Assembly (NCBI GenBank): GCA_046760505.1
Contig: JBHIEG010000014.1
Coordinates: 1 to 49,821 of the forward strand
Length of the DNA: 49,821 nucleotides
Source of the DNA: Candidatus Hydrothermarchaeota archaeon
GTDB taxonomy: Archaea; CAYFZR01
Reading direction: 5' to 3'
The notes under the pieces are model-generated. The model had not been told where the DNA came from. It was given only the letters and a program-made list of their open reading frames with translations, and did not search any database. Numbering within the stretch: the stretch's first letter is position 1; every line of letters begins with the position of its first letter. Positions 1-8,450 of the stretch are shown in pieces. The position numbers and the translations under genes were made by a program.

Positions 1-9
1 AGAAGGTCG

Positions 10-101
10 TGGTGGGGCCGCCGAGATTTGAACTCGAGTCCAGTGGCTTTCCGCTCGAAGTCCCGAACCACCGAGGATGGACCAAACTACCCCACGGCCC
101 C
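10..101 (-). tRNA. tRNA-Pro(CGG) with 14-nt intron at canonical 37/38 and encoded CCA
   Basis: Reverse complement reads GGGGCCG TG GGGTAGTTTGGTCCATCCT C GGTGG TT CGG G [ACTTCGAGCGGAAA] G CCACT GGAC TCGAG TTCAAAT CTCGG CGGCCCC A CCA; the acceptor, anticodon and T stems all pair. Confidence 0.97.
48..61 (-). other. tRNA intron forming a bulge-helix-bulge motif
   Basis: Exon TTCG (32-35) pairs with intron CGGA; 3-nt bulges GG/A and AA/G; inner CT-TCG-AG mini-hairpin. Confidence 0.92.
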
Positions 102-121
102 AGTAACAAATAGATTCAAAG

Positions 122-130
122 AATATATAA
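122..130. promoter_or_regulatory. Shared TATA element between the tRNA and ORF 154
   Basis: AATATATAA lies about 20-25 nt from both the tRNA 5' end (101, -) and ATG 154 (+). Confidence 0.6.
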
Positions 131-153
131 GTTATTGAGTTTAACATCTGAAT

Positions 154-429
154 ATGGACATTCAAGAGTTATACAACCTTCTTCAAGGCCTTCCCGGAAA
201 GCTGATTCTTGCAGGAGTACTCATAAATCTAGCCGGACAGTATTTTAAGAAAGGAATAATTGAGGGCATCGGTGGTTTAATTGTCCTAGTTCCAATCTCT
301 TACATTTTTTACCTTTATGTGATATCCGTAAAGAAAATAACCATGTGGGTAATGGTGCTATTTCCACTAGGTACACTCTTAATATGCATCATAGGGTACT
401 TTAGCCTGAGGAGACTTCTCTTTCCATGA
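154..429 (+). CDS. Small hypothetical membrane protein (about 3 TM)
   Basis: 91 aa, three hydrophobic segments, TATA upstream; 3' end overlaps the convergent gene by 29 nt. Confidence 0.7.
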   Translation: MDIQELYNLLQGLPGKLILAGVLINLAGQYFKKGIIEGIGGLIVLVPISYIFYLYVISVKKITMWVMVLFPLGTLLICIIGYFSLRRLLFP

Positions 430-1954
430 GATTTTTGAGGTAAAAAGATTCATTTGCTTCAAGCAGGCCTTTTATATCATCTTTAGATATTACGACATCA
501 AATATCAAAAATCCTCGCTTGTTCAGATCATAAAGAGCATTATCTATTATTTTCTCTCTAAATAACTTATTAAGCATTTTATTTTCAATGTTTACAAGGA
601 TTTCCTTTCTTTTCTCCTCCAATTTCTTCTTACTGGCCTCCAGTATTTCGATTTCATCCCCGATGGTATTTTTATTCTCAAGATATTCAGTGAAATCTAT
701 TCCCCTGTTTTCAAAGGTTTCTTCTAGTTTGACCAATTCTTTTCTTTTTGATACTATTTTCCGGTCTATTTCGTTTATTTTCTTGGATAATTCTTGATAT
801 TCCTTTATCACATCGTTACTTGAGCCCATCAAAAGATTGGAAAGAGATTCGTATAAAAGTATCTGATTTGACATTGTGGTTATAGATGTTTCTATTGGAT
901 CTTTTCCAACGATATTCGCTACCTTGTATCCGTACCACTTGAGTAAATTGGCAGCATCCTTATCAACGCCAAATAGACATATTTTTCTTGTGTTCAAGTC
1001 TCTCAAGAATTTGTAGTCCTCACTTCCAAGTTTATTTTCTCTGAGCAATACCATCATTCCCAATTCTCCACTGAGTGCAGTTCCAGTTAGAGGTTTGTCG
1101 TCGATATCAACTACCATTATTCTCATATCTTTTTTTGACATGTAATCTCTTATCAGCATCTCACTAGTCTCAAAGGGAGATTTTGGAGGGTATCTTTCTA
1201 CACGCATCCCTAACTTAATCAAATCTGTTTCAGCATCTTCCATAGCATTTTCTGGTCCGCCCACTAAAATCACGCGCTTAACACCTAGTTTCAAAAGGGT
1301 TTTTCTAGTTTCATGGTCGAGAGGTCTTGAAGAATATACTATGATTTTATTTTTCCTCTCTGAAACTTGGTCTCTTGAGAATTTTCCGAGTTCTCTTCCT
1401 GTTGTTACATCATATAACGTTACAGTTCCGTCCTTGTACCTCCTAGAAATCTTGTGAGGATCAAGTTCAACTGATCTTAGAGGTCTTACATAGATCAAGG
1501 GAACGCCGAGTTTTGATGCAAGAGAGGATGCAACCAAGGAATCTGCATAACTATCTCCAAAACTCATCACAACTGTCTCAGATCCCCTGGTCCAGAATTT
1601 TAAAGCTACCTTTTGGGCTGTTTCGAATCTTGTGGGCCCCCAAATTCTTTCTACACTCACATACTTCTTGAGTTCTTCCTCGATTTTTTCAGAAACAGCA
1701 ACAGGTCCGCCTATAATGAATAATTTCTCTGGCTTTACCTGTTGCAATGCATAAATCAGCCTCCAATCTAAGAAGTTATTTGGCGTTACCAAAATTGGAG
1801 AAGATGAGAATACAGATGCGGGAGATCCTACCAATGCATCTGCAAATGGATCTTCGGTTACCAGTATTATGTTTTGGGAGGTTGAAAGAATTGGCATGAG
1901 AACAAAAATGATTGTAGCAACGATGAAAGGTGGTTTAATTTTTATCAAAGTCAC
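401..1954 (-). CDS. Secreted cell-wall-binding repeat 2 (CWB2)-type protein with C-terminal coiled coil
   Basis: Signal peptide; repeated FADALVGS..PILVT / YADSLVAS..PLIYV, IIGGPVAVS, RIWGPTRFETA motifs typical of CW_binding_2; GTG start preceded by GAGGT. Confidence 0.85.
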   Translation of the reverse strand: MTLIKIKPPFIVATIIFVLMPILSTSQNIILVTEDPFADALVGSPASVFSSSPILVTPNNFLDWRLIYALQQVKPEKLFIIGGPVAVSEKIEEELKKYVSVERIWGPTRFETAQKVALKFWTRGSETVVMSFGDSYADSLVASSLASKLGVPLIYVRPLRSVELDPHKISRRYKDGTVTLYDVTTGRELGKFSRDQVSERKNKIIVYSSRPLDHETRKTLLKLGVKRVILVGGPENAMEDAETDLIKLGMRVERYPPKSPFETSEMLIRDYMSKKDMRIMVVDIDDKPLTGTALSGELGMMVLLRENKLGSEDYKFLRDLNTRKICLFGVDKDAANLLKWYGYKVANIVGKDPIETSITTMSNQILLYESLSNLLMGSSNDVIKEYQELSKKINEIDRKIVSKRKELVKLEETFENRGIDFTEYLENKNTIGDEIEILEASKKKLEEKRKEILVNIENKMLNKLFREKIIDNALYDLNKRGFLIFDVVISKDDIKGLLEANESFYLKNLMEREVSSG

Positions 1955-1985
1955 CTACCTCTTTTATGGATTATTGGATCTATTC

Positions 1986-3131
1986 CTACTCCTTATCTCT
2001 ATCTTCATTTTCATTCCTTTTGAAGAGATCTGAAAGGTATATCAAATTGGTCTTTCCCCATCTTTTCTTGCGAATTAACCCTCTAACCTCTAATTCTGCT
2101 ATCAATCTGCTGAGTTTAGCCTTGGAAAAACCAGTTGTTTCCTGCAGATCTTTTTGTGTTATTTCTTTTTTCTTCATGATCTCTTCCATAACTATCTTTT
2201 CATCCCCTTTCAGCAGAGCAAGTGTAACGCTTGGTTCTCCTCTTTCGATTTTGCTTCTCAACTCCTCTATTATAGACTCTTTTTCTTTCAACTCTTCTTT
2301 CAGGAGCTTTATTTCTTCGTTTTCCTTTAGATAACTTCTACTCTCTCTTCTAAGCAGGTCTTTTACCTGTCCTATGTGGTAGTCCAGCTCTGTTCTTAAC
2401 TGTATGAATCTGCCATGATAGGTAAACAAGAAGCCAAGTAAGAACAAGAGAACAAAACCAAGTACCACGTATAAATAAAATGGAGTCCCTGTTTCGGTTG
2501 GTAAAGGCTTTGTGGAGCTGAATATAACGAAAGCGTTTACGTTCTCCGTGTTGCTCAAGTTCTTCCAGTTCCATACAAGCACGCTTCTGTAGGTATCTGT
2601 GTCTATGTACATTTGGTCGGGAGTTGGATTGAAGGGTGGTGGAGCGTTTTCAGTTAGTGCCCCGAACATGAGCATCTCCCTTGGGAATAGGACAGTAAGT
2701 CTCATTGAATCTATTTCGGTTTCTGGTGTATAACTGAACCTGAATATGAAGTTCTCTCCAAGTTTCCCAATCAACCCCCTCGCCTTGAATTTCATGGATA
2801 ATCTAACCAGTTCACCTTTTTTAATAGGAGAGTCAAAATGAAACGTGATTATTGAACTCCATTCACCAGTTGATACACTGAATCTCGAGATTTTTTTAGA
2901 TGTTTTCTCTAAGGTTAGATCTGAGATTATGTTGGGGATTGAATAGTTGATTTGCTCCATGGGTGTATTACCGGTGTTCATAATGGCAAGATTTACTTCT
3001 TCTCTTACCGTTCCATTCTTGTCAACGTCTGCAAGAATGTTGCACTCGGTAATTTTGTACTCATACGTCAGTGCTACTTGACAGATAATAATCAGCATAA
3101 ATAGGTAGAATCGTTTCATCTTTGAACACAT
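1986..3131 (-). CDS. Membrane-anchored protein: exported beta domain, TM, coiled coil, C-terminal winged HTH (COG2512-like)
   Basis: Signal peptide, single TM (FYLYVVLGFVLLFLLGFLF), C-terminal ITQKDLQETTGFSKAKLSRLIAELEVRGLIRKKRWGKTNLI; start may be ATG 3119. Confidence 0.85.
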   Translation of the reverse strand: MCSKMKRFYLFMLIIICQVALTYEYKITECNILADVDKNGTVREEVNLAIMNTGNTPMEQINYSIPNIISDLTLEKTSKKISRFSVSTGEWSSIITFHFDSPIKKGELVRLSMKFKARGLIGKLGENFIFRFSYTPETEIDSMRLTVLFPREMLMFGALTENAPPPFNPTPDQMYIDTDTYRSVLVWNWKNLSNTENVNAFVIFSSTKPLPTETGTPFYLYVVLGFVLLFLLGFLFTYHGRFIQLRTELDYHIGQVKDLLRRESRSYLKENEEIKLLKEELKEKESIIEELRSKIERGEPSVTLALLKGDEKIVMEEIMKKKEITQKDLQETTGFSKAKLSRLIAELEVRGLIRKKRWGKTNLIYLSDLFKRNENEDRDKE

Positions 3132-3174
3132 AGAAAATTCAGTATCTTATTACTATAAAAAACCCTCGCCTGTG

Positions 3175-3209
3175 AAACGAAAACGATATAACTCCGACGA
3201 ATGACGAAT
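3175..3209 (+). repeat. Short direct repeats AAACGA x2 and GACGAAT x2 around a TATA-like element
   Basis: AAACGA at 3175-3180 and 3181-3186; GACGAAT at 3196-3202 and 3203-3209. Confidence 0.6.
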
Positions 3210-3222
3210 ATATGGTGGTTAC

Positions 3223-3930
3223 ATGATGAGCAGCATTGCTGAAAAATTGGCGAAAGAAATGGCAGGTGAGATAACTCTATCTAGCGAGCCTGGAAAAACT
3301 TTAAAAAAATGGAGAGAGATATTTGGAATAACCCAAACCGACCTTGCCAGATACCTAGAGACTCATCCTTCAGTTATAAGCGATTATGAAAGCGGTAGGA
3401 GAAAATCACCAGGAGCATCTGTAATAAAAAAGATTGTAACTGCCCTGATAGAAATAGATGATAGAAGAGGAGGGGAGATAACAAAGGCTTTTGAGCCTTT
3501 GTTGATCGGGGAAGTAAAAACCGAGGCGATCATAGATATAAGAGAATTCAGCATTCCGGTAAAGGGCTTTGAAGTCTTGGAAGCAACAGAAGGGGAATTA
3601 CTCGTAAACAGGGATCAATTATCAAGGGAAATATATGGGTACACCGTAATCAACAGTTTAAAGGCTATCCTAGAATTCTCTTCAGAAGAATTCATAAGAT
3701 TGTACGGATGGACGAATAGGAGAGCCCTTATTTTTACCAAGGTTACTGCTGGAAGATCTCCAATGATAGCTATAAGAGTATCTCCAATGAAGCCAGGCAT
3801 GGTTGTACTCCATGGCGTAGAGAAGATGGACGAACTTGGATTAAGAATAGCGGAGATAGAGAAGATACCTTTGATCATATCTCGATTACCCCTGGATGAG
3901 CTAGTCAATAAACTCAGGCAGATTGGGTGA
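3223..3930 (+). CDS. Conserved archaeal XRE-HTH transcriptional regulator (COG1709-like)
   Basis: LKKWREIFGITQTDLA..PSVISDYESGRRKSPG HTH; C-terminal IFTKVTAGRSPMIAIRV motif. Confidence 0.9.
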   Translation: MMSSIAEKLAKEMAGEITLSSEPGKTLKKWREIFGITQTDLARYLETHPSVISDYESGRRKSPGASVIKKIVTALIEIDDRRGGEITKAFEPLLIGEVKTEAIIDIREFSIPVKGFEVLEATEGELLVNRDQLSREIYGYTVINSLKAILEFSSEEFIRLYGWTNRRALIFTKVTAGRSPMIAIRVSPMKPGMVVLHGVEKMDELGLRIAEIEKIPLIISRLPLDELVNKLRQIG

Positions 3931-5147
3931 AGGAATTGGACCACCTTAAAATGTTGAAGGAAGGGAAAATAAAGACCCATGAACTGGAAAAGTTTGTATC
4001 TCCTAGTGAAGCAATCAGCATTAGAAGAAAATATCTTGAAGACACATTGAATGTAGATCTTACAGATATTGGTAGTTTTATAATAGATCCTGAAATTGCT
4101 TCTCGTTATAACATTGAGCATATGATAGGGGCCATACAGGTTCCTCTAGGGATAGCAGGACCCGTAAGAATAAACGGAGATTATGCAAAGGGAGAATTCT
4201 ATCTACCTTTGGCAACGACAGAAGGAGCATTAGTCGCTTCTGTAAACAGAGGTTGCAGCATAATTAATGCTTCTGGCGGCTCCTATACAAAAATTCTTGA
4301 GGACAAAATGACTAGGGCCCCTGTTTTTCAGGCTAAAAACATTCATGAGGCTATTAAATTTAAGGAATGGATATACAGAAACTTTGAGAAATTAAAGGAG
4401 GAGGCAGAGAGCACAACAAGGCACGGAGAACTAAAAGACGTGCGTGCATGGTTGGTCGGGAGGACTGTTTTTCTAAGGTTTTCATTTGACACAAAGGATG
4501 CCATGGGAATGAACATGGTAACCATTGCTACGGATAAGTGCGTTGATTTCGTTGAAAAAAATTTCCCAATCAAATGTATATCTCTCTCTGGAAATCTCTG
4601 TGTTGACAAAAAACCATCAGCCCTAAATCTAATCCTCGGAAGAGGTAAAACAATCATAGCAGAGACATTTATTCCTGAAGAAACGATTAAGGATGGACTA
4701 AATACTTCTTCTAATTTGTTGGTAGAGGTAAACTATAGAAAAAACCTCATAGGTTCTAGTCTGGCATCTTCTTATGGGTTCAACGCACACTTTGCCAATA
4801 TCATTGCGGCCATGTTTCTGGCAACAGGGCAGGACATCGCTCAGGTTGTTGAGGGCAGCCACGGTTTTACTCTCGTTGAAAAAGAGGAAAAAGGAGTTTA
4901 TTTTTCTGTTACGCTGCCGGCGCTAGAAGTAGGCACGGTGGGAGGAGGTACTAGATTAGAGACTCAGAGAAACTCCCTGAAGATACTCGGAATAAAGGAA
5001 GGATCCGCAGGTAAAAATGCTAAAAAATTAGCAGAAATAATTGCTACCGGAGTATTGGCAGGAGAGATATCGTTAATTGGAGCATTAGCTGCAAAAGAAC
5101 TTGCTAGCTCTCACAAGCATTTTGCGAGAAGAGTAGAGGAGGGATAG
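3927..5147 (+). CDS. hmgA: Hydroxymethylglutaryl-CoA reductase (NADPH, class I)
   Basis: PLATTEGALVAS, DAMGMNM, GNLCVDKK, GQDIAQ, GTVGGGT motifs. Confidence 0.98.
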   Translation: MKELDHLKMLKEGKIKTHELEKFVSPSEAISIRRKYLEDTLNVDLTDIGSFIIDPEIASRYNIEHMIGAIQVPLGIAGPVRINGDYAKGEFYLPLATTEGALVASVNRGCSIINASGGSYTKILEDKMTRAPVFQAKNIHEAIKFKEWIYRNFEKLKEEAESTTRHGELKDVRAWLVGRTVFLRFSFDTKDAMGMNMVTIATDKCVDFVEKNFPIKCISLSGNLCVDKKPSALNLILGRGKTIIAETFIPEETIKDGLNTSSNLLVEVNYRKNLIGSSLASSYGFNAHFANIIAAMFLATGQDIAQVVEGSHGFTLVEKEEKGVYFSVTLPALEVGTVGGGTRLETQRNSLKILGIKEGSAGKNAKKLAEIIATGVLAGEISLIGALAAKELASSHKHFARRVEEG

Positions 5148-5148
5148 A

Positions 5149-6093
5149 ATGGAAGTATGCGACTTATTAATTATAGGAGGAGGTCCAGCAGGATTGACTG
5201 CAGCGATATATGGAGTCAGAGGCGAACTTGAAACGATAGTTTTGGAATCAGAAATACCTGGTGGACAAATGAATCTTAGCGGGAAGATAGAGAATTATCC
5301 TGGCTTTGAATCAATAACAGGGTATGAACTATCTTTAAAGATAAAAAAACACGCAGAAAGTTGTGGAGCCGTGATTAAATCTCCTGAAATGGCAACAGAA
5401 ATTAACTTTGAGGACAATTACATAATCGTAAAGAGTGAAAAAGAAGATTACAAAGCAAAGTCTTCCATAATTGCATCGGGGGTTAGACCAAAGGAACTGG
5501 GAGTTCCTGGAGAGAAGTCTCTTGTGGGAAGAGGCGTGAGTTATTGTACAGTGTGCGATGCGCCTTTCTTCAAGGATAAGAAGGTTGTTGTGGTAGGGAG
5601 GAGCATGCCAGCTGTTTTGGGCGCTCTTACATTGGAAAAGATAGCATCTGAGGTCAAATTATTGGTAAATGGGGAAAAACTCTTGGCAACAGCCGGGGAA
5701 TCTCTGATGACAAGATGGCTTGAAAGAAGCAGTGTGAAAACCCTTTGGAACACTGAGGTAAAAGAGATCTTGGGAGATACCCATGTTGAGGGCGTTTTAG
5801 TCAAGGATAAGGAAAAGGAATACATAATTGAAACAGATGGAGTATTCATACAATCTGGAAAGGTCCCAAACAGCGAAATAGCCAGGAAAGCAGGTATAAA
5901 GGTTGATAGGAAGGGATTCATATTGGTCGATGAGCATATGAGAACAAATAAGAAGGGAGTTTTTGCATGCGGCGATGTTACAGGAGGTGTTATGCAGTTA
6001 ACCGTTGCCATGGGTGAGGCAACCATAGCGGCTATAAATGCATACAACTACTGCTGCGAGTTCAACAGGAAGGTGCTTGGAAAACCATGCTAA
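5149..6093 (+). CDS. trxB: Thioredoxin-disulfide reductase
   Basis: IIGGGPAGLTAA, IENYPGF, GRGVSYCTVCD, TNKKGVFACGD. Confidence 0.9.
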   Translation: MEVCDLLIIGGGPAGLTAAIYGVRGELETIVLESEIPGGQMNLSGKIENYPGFESITGYELSLKIKKHAESCGAVIKSPEMATEINFEDNYIIVKSEKEDYKAKSSIIASGVRPKELGVPGEKSLVGRGVSYCTVCDAPFFKDKKVVVVGRSMPAVLGALTLEKIASEVKLLVNGEKLLATAGESLMTRWLERSSVKTLWNTEVKEILGDTHVEGVLVKDKEKEYIIETDGVFIQSGKVPNSEIARKAGIKVDRKGFILVDEHMRTNKKGVFACGDVTGGVMQLTVAMGEATIAAINAYNYCCEFNRKVLGKPC

Positions 6094-6992
6094 AAAATTT
6101 TTTATCTGCAATACTTTTGTTATCAATTCTGCCGGCATTCTGTTTAGAAGAACCTGAATTTAGCAGACCAGTCGTTGCATCCGTAAATTCGACTTTAGAG
6201 ATAATTTTTTTGGATGAAAGTACAGTTTTTGTCAGGGAGACAGACTACTTCTTTTACATCCATGGAAAGGACAACGAGACAATTATTTCATACAAAATAC
6301 CGATGAAAACCAATATGGTAAGACTTTATGCAAATAGAGACGTAAGAAAGGAGATAGATTATGAAATAAGAAATTCAGAGATAAAATTCTCGTTAGAAAA
6401 TTTTAAGAAAGGTGAATCTAGGACCGTCACATTAGAATACGTATACAAAATTAATCCTGAAATAAAAGATGCATTCTTCCTTTTCTTCAATCTGGGAAAG
6501 TATTACTCGAGTAGAATACTTATCCCTCCCTTAAACAAGCAGAGATTTTCCATAATAACTTTCATAAGATTGCCTCCAGATAACCAACCAAAGATCAAAG
6601 AGAATTCGATCCATGTGGATGATACTTGGTACCTGCACTACAAGATAGGGGGCATAAACGAAAATTCATTTGATTACGTGATGGTAGAGTACGGCAATTT
6701 TAATCTCATTGAGAAGAAAAAAAGAGAAACTTACCTGTATTTGATGATATTTTCGCTTTTCACCATATTTTTCATTACTTTCTATTACTATAAGTTTAAG
6801 GGAGCGTATGAGGAAGACGTTCCTGTACTTCGAGCCAGATATAGGGCAATCGAATCAAAAATGAAAAGACTTGAAGAAGAGTTCAGATCCAATAGGATAC
6901 CCCGGAATATGTACGAAAAAAGAAGAAAGGAGATAGAAAGAGAATTAAAGAATATAGAAAATAAAATGAGGAGAAAAAATGAAAATAACTAA
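6087..6992 (+). CDS. Exported beta-rich protein with TM anchor and C-terminal SHOCT-like helical tail
   Basis: Signal peptide, TM near aa 215-235, tail KRLEEEFRSNRIPRNMYEKRRKEIE. Confidence 0.75.
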   Translation: MLKNFLSAILLLSILPAFCLEEPEFSRPVVASVNSTLEIIFLDESTVFVRETDYFFYIHGKDNETIISYKIPMKTNMVRLYANRDVRKEIDYEIRNSEIKFSLENFKKGESRTVTLEYVYKINPEIKDAFFLFFNLGKYYSSRILIPPLNKQRFSIITFIRLPPDNQPKIKENSIHVDDTWYLHYKIGGINENSFDYVMVEYGNFNLIEKKKRETYLYLMIFSLFTIFFITFYYYKFKGAYEEDVPVLRARYRAIESKMKRLEEEFRSNRIPRNMYEKRRKEIERELKNIENKMRRKNENN

Positions 6993-7848
6993 TTTATCCA
7001 AAATTATTTTATTTTCGATCATTTTATCCATTTTATTTCCATCTCTGACTTCTTTCGCACTTGAGAATCAATCTAATCTAATCTATCCTCAGGTCAATCT
7101 TAAGATGGACAGGAAGATAACAGTTGTTGATGAAAAAGTTATTACCGAAGAGAAAGTAAGAATGAAAAACACTGGATTGGAGGATATAGAGGGCAGGTAC
7201 TGGACATTTTCTTTGAACAGCGAGGATGTAAAGATTTATGATTCAATTGGGGAGTTACCAACGAGGAGAAATGTGGGAAAAGAAGGAATAGATATTATTT
7301 GCACATTTAGATATCCATTGAAGCATAATGACACATATACGTATACAATCAAAGAGACTAGAAGAGACATATTGGTCACATCTAAGGAATTAAAAAATTA
7401 CATAGAATCCCTCAAGAATAAATATGAGAAAGGGGAGATATCTGAAGAAGTTTACAAAAATCTCACAGGACAATACGAAGAAATTTTAAAACATGAGAAT
7501 GCGTGGATTCTCTATAACTGGATATCTACCATATATCCTTTTCCCACCTATGATGTTACCACCAAAATAATATTGCCCAAAGAAGCAATCGTTCTGAGTG
7601 TGAATCCGAAACCACAGGAAGTAAAAAAAGAGGATGGGAGAATTGTTATAACTTATAAGAGAGATTACATACCTCCAGGACAAAATCCACCGATTAAAAT
7701 AGTTTTCAAGGCGCCTTTAAGTTTAAGTATCGCAGGGAGAGTTTCTTCTCTAAAGTTCAATCTCTATTTTATTCTTTCATTATTTCTTATCGCTGGAGTA
7801 ATTTTTTATTTCATTCACAAAAAAAGAATGTTTGGAGGAAAAGAGTAA
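6979..7848 (+). CDS. Exported beta-rich protein with internal SHOCT-like insert and C-terminal TM
   Basis: Signal peptide, insert LKNKYEKGEISEEVYKNL, C-terminal TM plus basic tail. Confidence 0.75.
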   Translation: MKITNLSKIILFSIILSILFPSLTSFALENQSNLIYPQVNLKMDRKITVVDEKVITEEKVRMKNTGLEDIEGRYWTFSLNSEDVKIYDSIGELPTRRNVGKEGIDIICTFRYPLKHNDTYTYTIKETRRDILVTSKELKNYIESLKNKYEKGEISEEVYKNLTGQYEEILKHENAWILYNWISTIYPFPTYDVTTKIILPKEAIVLSVNPKPQEVKKEDGRIVITYKRDYIPPGQNPPIKIVFKAPLSLSIAGRVSSLKFNLYFILSLFLIAGVIFYFIHKKRMFGGKE

Positions 7849-7858
7849 TTTTTAAATA

Positions 7859-8446
7859 CTAGGCGGAAAAATGGAATATCAATTCCCTTGTTATTCCCCA
7901 AGAGAGCAGGAAAATCAGCCATATGAGACCGTATCCGATGAATTCTATTATAATCGTTAAAAAAACCCGATATGGAATCCCCTGCCTTCTTGTTTGCGAT
8001 CTTATCCTTTTTATTGGGTTTCTTGTATGTAGATGTACTCTGATCATCAGGGCAATGGTTAAGATAAACAGTGTGAGGAAAACTAGGCTCTCTTTCATGT
8101 AAGCGATTTCCAATGCATTTATTAACCCTTTAAATTTTGGTGAAACAGTTTGCAATGAAAGAAAGGTCTCATACCCTTTTAACAATCCTATTCCAGCGAA
8201 AACTGCAATTATATATCCAAAATATCCAATCAAGGATCCAATCAGGGATGTTATGTAGAATTCACCCTCCTTATTCTCTATGAATTTTGTAACTTTTATT
8301 TTTTCACCGAACACGGTGGACACTATCAGAAGTAAACTTGCTATCACACATACGGTATATCCACCGATTGCAAGTGGAGCAGAAATGCCGTGAAGGATAC
8401 CAAAAACCTTGTAGTAATCAGGAAGATCTGGAGGATATAATACCAT
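7859..8446 (-). CDS. 4-TM protein, probable degenerate CcsA/CcmC-like (cytochrome c assembly superfamily)
   Basis: LHGISAPLAIGGY, MKESLVFLTLFILTIALMIR and C-terminal FHF parallel the CcsA pattern, but no WWD motif; 4 nt downstream of ccmF-C. Confidence 0.55.
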   Translation of the reverse strand: MVLYPPDLPDYYKVFGILHGISAPLAIGGYTVCVIASLLLIVSTVFGEKIKVTKFIENKEGEFYITSLIGSLIGYFGYIIAVFAGIGLLKGYETFLSLQTVSPKFKGLINALEIAYMKESLVFLTLFILTIALMIRVHLHTRNPIKRIRSQTRRQGIPYRVFLTIIIEFIGYGLIWLIFLLSWGITRELIFHFSA

Positions 8447-8450
8447 GCAA

